Source: a virus. From it: 64,000 nucleotides of DNA. The notes beneath the pieces were generated by a model that saw only the letters and a program-made list of their open reading frames with translations, made no database searches and was not told where the DNA came from. The DNA is taken from IMG/VR virus record IMGVR_UViG_3300019757_000164, positions 1-64,000 of that record; one strand, written 5' to 3'. A program made the translations under genes and the position numbers. Below are positions 43,220 through 52,736 of the stretch, in pieces (position 1 is the stretch's first letter; each line of letters starts with the position of its first letter).

Positions 43220-43680
43220 ATGCTCTCCCTTCTTCTTAGGTAAACATCAAAGCCTTCGAACTCTTTCTCTAAATCAACCCAATAGATTAAATCATAATTT
43301 ATAGTCATTGCATCTTCTAAATTGTTAGTGAAGCCAATTTCTCCATCCTTCTTGTACTTAAGGTACATCTTGTTTCCGTCACCTCTGCTATTCATTCGCT
43401 TAACTGCAACATACTCTATGCTTTTACCAAAGATGTAATTTTCGTATATATATGTTTTAATTAGATTGTCAATTATTTCAAAGCTAAAAGTACCATTTTT
43501 ATTTTCCGATATATTGCTGATTTCAGATATTTGTAAATCTAAATCTTCTCCGTTGATTTTGCACCACGCAGTAATATCTTCTATTAAATCTATTGATCTA
43601 TACTTTTTGTATTGTTTGTCATATATTGAATCGTGTATATCTAATGATATATCACCAATTGCGTAACAGCTCCATCCCAT
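43216..43680 (-). CDS. Hypothetical protein
   Basis: ORF with RBS. Confidence 0.6.
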   Translation of the reverse strand: MGWSCYAIGDISLDIHDSIYDKQYKKYRSIDLIEDITAWCKINGEDLDLQISEISNISENKNGTFSFEIIDNLIKTYIYENYIFGKSIEYVAVKRMNSRGDGNKMYLKYKKDGEIGFTNNLEDAMTINYDLIYWVDLEKEFEGFDVYLRRRESI

Positions 43681-43959
43681 ATTAATCCCTCCTTTATCTA
43701 GCCATGGTAAGTCATTTCAGCTACGGCATCTAGTAAATTTTCATATTCTTCAATAGTAATAGTAACAAATCTGTCACTACTGTAACCTAAAACCTTGCCA
43801 TTACCATTACTTAAATGAAGCTCTTCACTCCAGTAGTATAAATATTCAATAACCTCATCCATCGTTAGTGTATCGATTTTCAATGAATCTCTTTTTAAAA
43901 TAGAGCGTCTTATTTCTAGTGCTTTCTGTATATTCATGCTTAACTACTCCTTTTCCTTT

Positions 43960-44032
43960 CCACTATTTCCAACACTTACGGTACTATGTATGCATAATTG
44001 TAAATTATACACACAATAGACTCAAAGCGTTG
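43960..44032. repeat. Dispersed dif-like repeat, site K
   Basis: ctatttccaacactt...tatgtatgcataa-TTGTAAA-ttatacacacaat...tcaaagcgttg. Confidence 0.88.
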
Positions 44033-44033
44033 A

Positions 44034-44636
44034 TTACTTCTCAATAATGATAAATTCACCATCAAGTGTATTTGAAACAATAATTGGGTAATTTACGTGT
44101 AATTCACTTTTGCAAGCCGATCTTACTGCATTGATGATAGCCTCTCTTTTATCGTCACAGTCATCATTATATTGATTCATGTATCCAATTGAATACTCCT
44201 CACCACTTCCAATACACGCAAAATCATCAACTTCTGTAACAGAACCATCAAAACACACATTGAATAGTTTGTCTTTATGTGCAAATAATACATTACTATC
44301 TAGCATATACCCATCCTGATCTTTGATTTTATTTGATGTTTGATATTCCTTTGCTACGCTGAATAGCTTTGGAACTACATTTTTCACCATATCTTTAAAG
44401 TCAAACTTTCCTTTTAATCTAGTTAACTCATTTATAAAACTATCTTGAACCTTTAAAGCATTCTGGTATTTTAGACTGCCAACGATACCGACAAGTGTAT
44501 TTGGCTCATCTTTTGGTTTCATTATTTTATAATTATTCATATTGGTTAGCGTGCTTTTATTCCACCCTCTACTTACTTGGCTATCACACGCCATCCACAC
44601 TCTATCTTCATCTTTAATTGCTACTACTACACTCAT
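44034..44636 (-). CDS. Proteasome-beta/HslV-like Ntn hydrolase
   Basis: M-S-VVVAIK...MACDSQ, GIVGS, CIGSG. Confidence 0.75.
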   Translation of the reverse strand: MSVVVAIKDEDRVWMACDSQVSRGWNKSTLTNMNNYKIMKPKDEPNTLVGIVGSLKYQNALKVQDSFINELTRLKGKFDFKDMVKNVVPKLFSVAKEYQTSNKIKDQDGYMLDSNVLFAHKDKLFNVCFDGSVTEVDDFACIGSGEEYSIGYMNQYNDDCDDKREAIINAVRSACKSELHVNYPIIVSNTLDGEFIIIEK

Positions 44637-44666
44637 ATATTCCTCCTTTTATTGATTTTGAGTTTA

Positions 44667-44737
44667 TAGTATTTCAAACCCTTACATCCCAATGTATGCA
44701 TATGACATAATTATGCATACATTTAGGTCAAATGGTG
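44667..44737. repeat. Dispersed dif-like repeat, site L
   Basis: tagtatttcaaac...aatgtatgcatat-GACATAA-ttatgcatacatt...tcaaatggtg. Confidence 0.88.
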
Positions 44738-45141
44738 ATTTTTAATCTACGAATCTAACGTCGGCTGGGTACAAAGTATTGATTTCTCCATTATCAATCT
44801 CTACTATAGCAACTGACACCGCAAACCCATTTTCAAGATCTCCCGAGTCTTCCAATCCCCACTGATGGAACGTGGCTTTCACATACTTATCCTTGTAATG
44901 TGAATTAACACCCGTTTCTTTGTTGTATGGTACATATTCTCTAATGTTGACTTCTACTGCTCTCATTTTAAATCCTCCTTATTCAACCTCTTCGATTTCT
45001 ACGGTTCTGGCAAATTCCACCACATCTGTAAACAGCGCATTTAGATTCCCTTCAATATCATCCAAATATTCCTCATTAACATCCTCAAAAGTGATTACGT
45101 ATTTCTTTTCCATTTCTTCCTCCTTTCGTCAATTTAACTAT

Positions 45142-45210
45142 ATATTATTTCTAACACTTTAACAGTCATGTAATCATAATTACCTCTTATGCACACAGTA
45201 GCCTCTAATC
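45142..45210. repeat. Dispersed dif-like repeat, site M
   Basis: ttatttctaacacttt...catgtaatcataa-TTACCTC-ttatgcacacagt. Confidence 0.8.
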
Positions 45211-45738
45211 TAGTAAATCGACCAGATCACTGTGGTATATTTCAAACCACTCCATCAAATCTTGTATCTCCAAAGCTATACAATTGTGTTGTAAATTGAC
45301 ATCCTCTCCTCCTTCAGAGAAGTAATCATATCCAAGAATGTTTGTAAACTCTGATAGTTTGTAGAATGGAATCCACAATATAACCGATTGGCTTTCTTTT
45401 TCGATCCTGTATTCACAATTTGATATAAATTTAATCATTTTATATCCGCTTAAATCCATTTCACTCATGTTTACCTCCCTATAAAATTAATCTAAGTTGA
45501 TTTGATATAATTGACCCTTATAGTGATATGGTTCATATCCCAATTCTACAAGTTTTTCAAACGTGGTTTGACTTGTAATTCCAATTCTAAGATTGTTGCC
45601 TCGTGCATTTGATTTTTTTATGCAAGAAATGACATACTTTAATTCAAACCAATTATATAATTTAGAACATTTTTTTAATTTGGTTAAGTCTTCTTTTTTC
45701 ATTTTACTCTCCTTTCGTTTCCTTCATCCTTTGATATA

Positions 45739-45767
45739 ATAATACCACCTATCAACATAGAAGTCAA
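45739..45767 (-). promoter_or_regulatory. SigA-type promoter
   Basis: TTGACT-17 nt-TATTAT with TG extension. Confidence 0.65.
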
Positions 45768-46401
45768 TAGGCGATTGAAAGTTTTTATTTATTCGGAAAT
45801 TTCTTTAAACAACAAGTACATAGCATAAAAGATCCATAGGATTATAATTTTCATACTGTCAAATATAACTTTGATTATTCCAAGTTCTTGATGTAATGCA
45901 TTCGGTAATCTAAAAAACACCAAAGCTACGAAATAAATAAGACCTATCATAAAATATCCAATTAAAAATAACATATTCACTCCTTTCTAATAGTTTGTTA
46001 TATTACGTGTATAGGTTATTAATAGATAAAATAACCATCTTTCATATCATTCCTCCATCTCTACTATATCAAAATACTCGTCAAACTTACTATCCTCTAC
46101 GCTTAAATCACCTTTTGGCAACTTAACATGGCTTTCATATTTACTTACACTGACGATGGGATAAGCATTGTCAAATTTTGATCCATACTTGGTATAACTT
46201 CTTTTGCAAACTGCTAAATATTTCATTTTTAATCCTCCTTTATGATTGTTTCCATTCAGTTAATTCAGTATACTCAGAATAATCAGATTTACATAGTTCA
46301 ACAGAGTAACCAACCATAGAAGATGTAGTTACGTCCAAAATCATATTATTGTCTTTTAATAGTTGATTAATTTCTTCCTTTACTTGATTTAATGTTTTCA
46401 T

Positions 46402-46839
46402 TTAATCCTCCTTAATAACCTCTAATACATCAATGTAATCTCCTTCACCATTGAATGCATTGTACAACTCGTACAAGGATAAGAAATTATCATTAAAGCA
46501 TCCGTTATACTTATTTCCACAACACCAATCAGTCTCATCCATTTTTGCTTGAATCAAGTTATAATCAATACCATCTTTGAATCCAATTCCAAATGAACCA
46601 CATTCAAAACAGATGTTACCATTCATTCCAAATAAGTCTACTTTGTCTCCTAGATATATTTCATCACAGTTCTTATCGTACATATTGGTGAATTGTGCGA
46701 TTGAATCTTCTTCAACTAAGTAATCATTCCAATGGTATTTAGTATACTCTCTGATTCTGTATGTGTCTTGAATCTTTATTATATCACCGTATACATATTT
46801 ATTAAAGTTCGTTGGTTTTGCTCTATATTTTCTGATCAT
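46402..46839 (-). CDS. YopX family protein
   Basis: KYRAK...YVYG, AQFTNMYDKNCDEIYLGD. Confidence 0.8.
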   Translation of the reverse strand: MIRKYRAKPTNFNKYVYGDIIKIQDTYRIREYTKYHWNDYLVEEDSIAQFTNMYDKNCDEIYLGDKVDLFGMNGNICFECGSFGIGFKDGIDYNLIQAKMDETDWCCGNKYNGCFNDNFLSLYELYNAFNGEGDYIDVLEVIKED

Positions 46840-47047
46840 TTTTAATCCTCCTTTATCCTTTTTAAGCAGTTATTTCCCTATCAAAACTTTTATTACATTT
46901 ATTAAGTCTATAGTTTTTAATCTGATCATGCCTTCTTTATCACCATTTGGCATCACCCAATTATTATTTTTAATTTCTTCCATTGATTCTAATTTTTTTA
47001 TTTTTACACCGGCCTTTTTAAACCTTTCTTCTATTTTACCCATGTTA

Positions 47048-47428
47048 TTATTTTACCTCGTTTCTTCTTTTAAATTTAGTTGGTTCGGAATCTGTTTGTG
47101 CAAAACAACTATCTAATGTATCGCATTTTCTATAGTTTTTGTATGGTTCTGAATTATGTACACATACAGAACAATATGTCTTTATGAAGTTTTTAGCACG
47201 TTCAATTGCTTCTATTTGTTCTTTAGAATATTTGATAGCATACTCTAATGCTATTTTTTCTGTTTTCCCAAAGCAATACGCTGTTCCACTACCATTTGGT
47301 TTGTCTATGATTGCATACACACCCGTTAGTGGATCATGTGTAAATTTGTCATATGTTCTTACATTATACTCAAAACCTTTGAATATTGTCAGTTTTTCTA
47401 ATTGTTTAATTAAATTTCTATTTCCCAT
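47048..47428 (-). CDS. Hypothetical protein
   Basis: ORF with RBS. Confidence 0.6.
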   Translation of the reverse strand: MGNRNLIKQLEKLTIFKGFEYNVRTYDKFTHDPLTGVYAIIDKPNGSGTAYCFGKTEKIALEYAIKYSKEQIEAIERAKNFIKTYCSVCVHNSEPYKNYRKCDTLDSCFAQTDSEPTKFKRRNEVK

Positions 47429-47444
47429 AAATTCCTCCTTTTTA

Positions 47445-47516
47445 AATTCCCAATGGTTTCATCCTATTTAATGCATAAGGATATATTATAGTTACATTAG
47501 GTTCAAAGTATTGCAA
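47445..47516. repeat. Dispersed dif-like repeat, site N
   Basis: attcccaat...atttaatgcataa-GGATATA-ttatagttacatt...tcaaagtattg. Confidence 0.8.
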
Positions 47517-47521
47517 CTACA

Positions 47522-47878
47522 TTATTCCACAATCGGCGTTACAGTCACTTCCATTTCTAACCCAACAATTGTGTCATGGTTACATTCGAATACTAAATCT
47601 ATTTTTCTTTCTATTTTACCACATTCACCGTATCCAACACAGCTAAAATATTCATTTCTTATTGTGAACTCTTTAGATATGATTAAATCTTGGTCATTTG
47701 AATAAATATAATGTTTATCTTCGTAGTCATCCCAATTATATTTAACATTTACATTCCATTTTCTGACTTTTTCTTTATCAGATTTTGTTAATTTGTCTAA
47801 CACGTATGCATACACTCTTGATGCTTCACCGTCTGAGATAGTTACATATGTACCACACAACCCTCTCACATCTATCAT
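47522..47878 (-). CDS. Hypothetical protein
   Basis: ORF with RBS. Confidence 0.6.
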   Translation of the reverse strand: MIDVRGLCGTYVTISDGEASRVYAYVLDKLTKSDKEKVRKWNVNVKYNWDDYEDKHYIYSNDQDLIISKEFTIRNEYFSCVGYGECGKIERKIDLVFECNHDTIVGLEMEVTVTPIVE

Positions 47879-48069
47879 TATCTATTCTCCTTTCGATTTA
47901 TCATTATCCTTTATCTCTTTTAAGATATCAGACAAGTATGTAATTATTCCAAATCCAGTTACACTAATCATCATAATAGTCCAAAATTCTCCAGTTGTAA
48001 ATCTATCACAACCGAAGTATCCGATTCCAATAAATACCATGTAAAATAAAATCATTCCTCTAAACATAT

Positions 48070-48486
48070 CTATTCTCCTTTCAATTCTAATCCTAAGTAC
48101 TCTCTACCTTCATTCAACTCTATTCTAAATCTATCTTTCTTATAAACCTGCAATGTGTTCATCTCAGATATTAAGAATTTCACAACTCTAAGATCAAAAC
48201 TAATATCTTCTACATTTCTAAAGAAATCATATCGATTAGTCATAAAATCTCTCACCGCATTCCTTCTTTTAAAGTTTGTTTCATCGATATCCATAAGCTT
48301 CTCGTACAATCTATATAGCCAGTATGATATAGTATTATCATTTATATCATCAATATTACAGCCAATAATACGTGCTACAATCACATAAATTGATTCTACG
48401 GTAGTTTCATATTTGTAACTTCTAAAGTGTCCCTTACAAGCCAAAATCAGTGCTTGCTCGTAGTCTTTTAATTTATATACATTCAT
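48070..48486 (-). CDS. Hypothetical protein
   Basis: ORF with RBS. Confidence 0.6.
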   Translation of the reverse strand: MNVYKLKDYEQALILACKGHFRSYKYETTVESIYVIVARIIGCNIDDINDNTISYWLYRLYEKLMDIDETNFKRRNAVRDFMTNRYDFFRNVEDISFDLRVVKFLISEMNTLQVYKKDRFRIELNEGREYLGLELKGE

Positions 48487-48488
48487 AT

Positions 48489-48857
48489 CTATTCTCCTCT
48501 CAATAATTTACTCAATAATTTTGGTGATCTTTTAAAATACATGATCAAATCTTCGTTAAATTTAACATCATTGTCTGTTTTCTGATCCCATAGCTCGATA
48601 TAATAAACATTATTATTTTCATCATTGTTACTTACTTTGAATAAAAACTCTGGAATAGTATGATGCTCTTTACAAATGGTATAGCATTGATAAGATATTT
48701 CTCCATCATATTCATATGGAGGGTTAGTAGACAGCATCGCAATTTCTCCACTATCCTTTAAAAATACAACCAATTTGTTTGGGTATGTTGTAAACTTTTG
48801 TAAATCCTTATTTAATCTTATACTTGTAAACGTATGCAATGTATTGTTATCTTTCAT
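48489..48857 (-). CDS. Hypothetical protein
   Basis: Start moved to the ATG after GAGGAGG; TTGCAA-17-TATTAT promoter upstream. Confidence 0.6.
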   Translation of the reverse strand: MKDNNTLHTFTSIRLNKDLQKFTTYPNKLVVFLKDSGEIAMLSTNPPYEYDGEISYQCYTICKEHHTIPEFLFKVSNNDENNNVYYIELWDQKTDNDVKFNEDLIMYFKRSPKLLSKLLRGE

Positions 48858-49181
48858 CTTTAACCTCCTCAAGTCGTTTTGTTTATTTCTAATACAATAA
48901 TAACAGAAAAAACCGCCCATTGCAAGCGATTTTTAAAAGTTTTTTATTTAATTATAAAGTAAACTCATCAGAATCGATTTGTACTGCAATAAATTTCTTT
49001 TCAATGATCCATAAATAACCTTCAGATGTTTTCAATCTATGAGTCGTATTGCTATTATAGAAGTGTGTCACCCCATTAATAGTCAATTTTGATCCATCTG
49101 AGTAATGATATACTCTTGATCTCTCAATGTGTTTAAGTTTTTGTAGTTCCATAAATACCTCTCTTTCTTATTTTCACTTTA

Positions 49182-49262
49182 TAGTAATACCAACACCTTA
49201 TCTCTAGTGTGTGCATATTTATTAGTTATCAACACAATCACCTCTAACCCTTGCAAATGCTA
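49182..49262. repeat. Dispersed dif-like repeat, site O, downstream of tnpB
   Basis: tagtaataccaac...agtgtgtgcatat-TTATTAG-ttatcaacacaat-cacc-tctaa-cc-cttgcaaatgcta. Confidence 0.8.
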
Positions 49263-49340
49263 GATGGTGATATTTCTTAGGTAGTGCCCTCTAATGAGAA
49301 CAAGTTTACTAAGCTAGCCCCGCAGTCCCTACGGTTAATA
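49237..49340 (-). ncRNA. Putative TnpB omegaRNA scaffold, 3' part
   Basis: Overlaps the tnpB 3' end: GTAGGGACTGCGGGGCTAGCTTAGTAAA...CTAAGAA, then terminal hairpin ATCACC(A)TCTAGC...GTTAGAGGTGAT. Confidence 0.55.
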
Positions 49341-50412
49341 TATTCATACTTGCGTTTAGGTCACGGTCTATAGATAGACCACATTCTTCGCAATTATAAA
49401 CCCTTTCATTTAATGTTAATTTTTCTTTTACGTTTCCACACTTACTACAGGTTTTAGATGATGGATACCACCTATCAATTATAACTAACTCTTTCTCATA
49501 CCACAAACACTTGTACTCAAGTTGTCTTCTGAACTCTCCAAAGCTTGCATCACTTATAGATTTTGCCAAACAGTGGTTCTTTTTCATGCCATCTGCGTTC
49601 AAGTCTTCTATAACAATTGCATCATAATTATTTACTAAGTAATCAGTCACTGAATGTATATATGAAAACCTACAATTAGCAATCTTTTCATGAATTCTAG
49701 CAACTTTTACACGTTGTTTCTCTCTGTTTTTTGAGCCTTTTTTCATTTTAGAGAATTTACGCTGTGCTTTAGATAATTTTTCTTCGTATTTTCTATAATA
49801 TTTTGGATTTTCAAATATAACTCCATCACTCAAAGTGGCAAATTCTTTTATTCCTAAATCTACGCCAACCTTTTTATTAGTCTTAGGCTTGGGTTTCACC
49901 TCGACCTCACAACACAGGTTGGCAAAATATTTACCACTTCTTGTCTTGACGACTGTTACATTATTTATTTTCATGTTATTAGAAAACACAAATGATTGTC
50001 TAAACTTTACATATCCCATTTTAGGCAACTGAACTCTATTATTGTTGAATTTTACTGATCTGCCACTCACCCTATAAGACCACTTTGCTCTGTGTTTTGA
50101 TTTAAACTTCGGAAATCCTCGACTGTGCTTGAAAAAGTTTTTATAAGCAATATCTAAGTCCTTCAGTGCATTTTGACATACAGCAGAATCTATGTCGTAC
50201 AACCAATTATTTTCTTTCTTGAAGTCAACCAACTCAGATGAGTCTCTGTAATAATTACTGTTCTGACCATAGTATTCATATTCTTTGATTCTTATATCTA
50301 GGAAATTATTAAATACAAATCGGCTTGCTCCAATTGATCTATTTATATTCAATTCTTGTGTCTTATTTGGGTATATTCTTAATTTATAAGTTTTGTTTAC
50401 TATGCATACCAC
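49309..50412 (-). CDS. tnpB: IS200/IS605-family RNA-guided endonuclease TnpB
   Basis: YKLRIYP N-terminus, GFPKFK, RuvC-I GVDLG, RuvC-II IEDL, Zn finger CSKC...CEEC, RuvC-III DRDLNA; no adjacent tnpA. Confidence 0.95.
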   Translation of the reverse strand: MVCIVNKTYKLRIYPNKTQELNINRSIGASRFVFNNFLDIRIKEYEYYGQNSNYYRDSSELVDFKKENNWLYDIDSAVCQNALKDLDIAYKNFFKHSRGFPKFKSKHRAKWSYRVSGRSVKFNNNRVQLPKMGYVKFRQSFVFSNNMKINNVTVVKTRSGKYFANLCCEVEVKPKPKTNKKVGVDLGIKEFATLSDGVIFENPKYYRKYEEKLSKAQRKFSKMKKGSKNREKQRVKVARIHEKIANCRFSYIHSVTDYLVNNYDAIVIEDLNADGMKKNHCLAKSISDASFGEFRRQLEYKCLWYEKELVIIDRWYPSSKTCSKCGNVKEKLTLNERVYNCEECGLSIDRDLNASMNILTVGTAGLA

Positions 50413-50419
50413 CTCCTTT

Positions 50420-50478
50420 GTGTTATTTCATTTCACATTGTAATCATAATGTTCTATTATACATACAATAGCTTAAAC
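50420..50478. repeat. Dispersed dif-like repeat, site P, upstream of tnpB
   Basis: attgtaatcataa-TGTTCTA-ttatacatacaat-agc-ttaaac. Confidence 0.8.
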
Positions 50479-50804
50479 TATTCACCACCGTTATATAAGA
50501 AACATTCTTGATCTTTAAAAGATTCTAGCATATTGCAAAACGCATCTAGTAACTTTGTAGTATAGCTAGATATTAAATTGTCTGCACAGCACAGTTCTTC
50601 AACTTCATCTATTCCAGCAGTTAAAGTCCCCCATATGACACTACATTCTTCCTCATCGACATTAAATCCTTGACCTCCATTTGACCTAAGTAACTGTGTC
50701 TCAGATAGAAGCTCAGACTTTAGCTCTCCTAAACTCCATCCTTCTTGATTCCTAATAAAATTTACGATCACATCAATTGTATCATTGTTCATTTTTACAT
50801 CCAT
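50478..50804 (-). CDS. Hypothetical acidic protein; cassette between sites P and Q
   Basis: ORF with RBS. Confidence 0.6.
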   Translation of the reverse strand: MDVKMNNDTIDVIVNFIRNQEGWSLGELKSELLSETQLLRSNGGQGFNVDEEECSVIWGTLTAGIDEVEELCCADNLISSYTTKLLDAFCNMLESFKDQECFLYNGGE

Positions 50805-50827
50805 AAATATCCTCCTTTCCTATTTTA

Positions 50828-50885
50828 GCCATTTATAGGCATTTTTTGATAATCACTAATTATCGTTACAATTACTGTGTATTTT
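50828..50885. repeat. Degenerate dif-like repeat, site Q
   Basis: attttttgataa-TCACTAA-ttatcgttacaat. Confidence 0.55.
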
Positions 50886-51517
50886 TAAAAATTATTCTTC
50901 CAATATTTAGAGATCATCCACATTATTACGTAGAAATGATATTTATTATTTACGCCAAAAGTAAAATGTGTTTTAGATTCATTATAAGATTTGAATACTC
51001 TTTCATCTTTGAATCCATACAAGAAATTCGGCACAGCCTCAATATCAAATAAATCTTTGAAATCTAGTACTATTGGTAATTTACTCTCTACAGATACATA
51101 ATACCCATAAAAGTTATTTCCAATTGTTAGAACTAGATCATCTTTCCCATCAGCATAGATTCTATACACTGGAAGATTAATGGATTTTGAACGATGGTTT
51201 CCATCAACAACACAAACTTTTCTAAATACATTTTTATATCTTTCATAATCTTCATACAAGTCACAGTTAATATTGTAGAACAAGCCTTTTGCGATATCAT
51301 CTCTAATGTAGCACACTTGATTAGAAAACGCATCTTTGTAATGCATAGTATCGTTTACATCATTAAGCCTAACCCACGTTGTTACATCTAGGATTATATT
51401 ATTTTTCTCATAATATTCTAAGAAATCTGATGTGTTCTTATTTTCCCAATATTCTTTTTTATACTCTGGATTGTAAAACTCCATATCTTTTAATTCTGCA
51501 TAGCTTATTTTATTCAT
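50885..51517 (-). CDS. Hypothetical phage protein
   Basis: HRSKSINLPVY motif. Confidence 0.65.
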   Translation of the reverse strand: MNKISYAELKDMEFYNPEYKKEYWENKNTSDFLEYYEKNNIILDVTTWVRLNDVNDTMHYKDAFSNQVCYIRDDIAKGLFYNINCDLYEDYERYKNVFRKVCVVDGNHRSKSINLPVYRIYADGKDDLVLTIGNNFYGYYVSVESKLPIVLDFKDLFDIEAVPNFLYGFKDERVFKSYNESKTHFTFGVNNKYHFYVIMWMISKYWKNNF

Positions 51518-51533
51518 AATTCCTCCTTAACCA

Positions 51534-51935
51534 TCAAAACCCAATTACAAAATCCCACGTTGAAATGATATCGTCTAACTCGCACTTTGTAATACATTCT
51601 TCTAAAATTCTTCCAGCTTTATCAACAGCTGTCATTTCATCATGAATTAACAAAATGGTCTTCCCGTGATGATAAATTGTACCACATGGCATCTTCTTTT
51701 TTAACAACTCAATAAATTCATTGAATGGTTCATATTCTCTTACAAGTGGTTTGATGTTATTATACCCACTTAAAACACCCTTTGCATCTAGGTCACACAC
51801 CCAGTCAGACTCTTTGTCAAATGTTAGTAATGCTGGTGTTCCGTTGTATGTATCAAGTACCAATAAGTCGCCTTCATGCACTCCACCTTTATTTATCGTA
51901 TCCTTGCATCTAAATTGTACCTCATATAGTTTCAT
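51534..51935 (-). CDS. Hypothetical protein
   Basis: Start moved to the ATG after GGAGG. Confidence 0.6.
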   Translation of the reverse strand: MKLYEVQFRCKDTINKGGVHEGDLLVLDTYNGTPALLTFDKESDWVCDLDAKGVLSGYNNIKPLVREYEPFNEFIELLKKKMPCGTIYHHGKTILLIHDEMTAVDKAGRILEECITKCELDDIISTWDFVIGF

Positions 51936-51943
51936 AAAGCCTC

Positions 51944-52016
51944 CTTTCAATTTTCAACGTTTATCCACACTGTATGTATAATAAAGTATTATACATTAAT
52001 GGTGCTTAAAGCGTTG
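51944..52016. repeat. Dispersed dif-like repeat, site R
   Basis: attttcaacgttt...actgtatgtataa-TAAAGTA-ttatacattaat...ttaaagcgttg. Confidence 0.85.
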
Positions 52017-52019
52017 CGA

Positions 52020-52688
52020 TTACTTGTTTAATATTTTTCTACACTCTTCATTTGCTTGATCGATTTTTTGCTGTGTTAAAATCTTATATGGAACCTCTTT
52101 ACTATCTTCGTCTAATTTTAAGAACCACAAGAATCTATCCGACCAATCTGCTTCTACAAATTCTCCATCTGATTCTAGTGTATATAATTTCGTGAACAGT
52201 CCTTCTCTAACATCTATGTCAAAATAATAAACTTGTGTCTCTTGATTATACCCATGAGAACACCTTACGCCGTTAAATGCTTCGTATCCATTTAATTCAG
52301 TTTTGTAGTGTCCATACAGTGATCCGGAATTAATACTTGTCATATTTGAATAACTTTGACTCCAAATAACCAAATTCTTTTCTGGATGATAATATAGTAT
52401 AACTTCTTCAGTTGATCCTTCATATTTGTTATATTCGTATACTTCTGAGTATCCTTCTTTGAATCCATGGATTTCTAGTAATGACTTAAACTGATTCCAG
52501 TCCATACCCCAATGTGTATCGCCTGTTTCTTTTAGTGCGTATCTTTTTCTTTCGTTCATCATAATTTGAAGACCAATTGATTTCATGTTTTCGTCATGAT
52601 CAAATTCAGACCAATGTTTATTTGAAATTTTCTCAACCTCATGAATAACATCTGTGTTCAATATATCTAATACTTGTTTATTTTTCAT
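52020..52688 (-). CDS. Hypothetical protein; cassette between sites R and S
   Basis: DVREGL motif; RBS. Confidence 0.65.
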   Translation of the reverse strand: MKNKQVLDILNTDVIHEVEKISNKHWSEFDHDENMKSIGLQIMMNERKRYALKETGDTHWGMDWNQFKSLLEIHGFKEGYSEVYEYNKYEGSTEEVILYYHPEKNLVIWSQSYSNMTSINSGSLYGHYKTELNGYEAFNGVRCSHGYNQETQVYYFDIDVREGLFTKLYTLESDGEFVEADWSDRFLWFLKLDEDSKEVPYKILTQQKIDQANEECRKILNK

Positions 52689-52702
52689 ATCAATTCTCCT
52701 TT

Positions 52703-52735
52703 CATTAATTGCGGTCAAAGTGTTGGAAATACTAC
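52703..52735. repeat. Half-site of the repeat (right arm only), site S
   Basis: cattaat-tgcgg-tcaaagtgttggaaatacta, the reverse complement of the consensus left outer arm. Confidence 0.7.
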
Positions 52736-52736
52736 A

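Noticed and set aside
49182-50478. Complete autonomous IS605 element
   Set aside because: No tnpA, no left-end hairpin and no canonical right-end tetramer.
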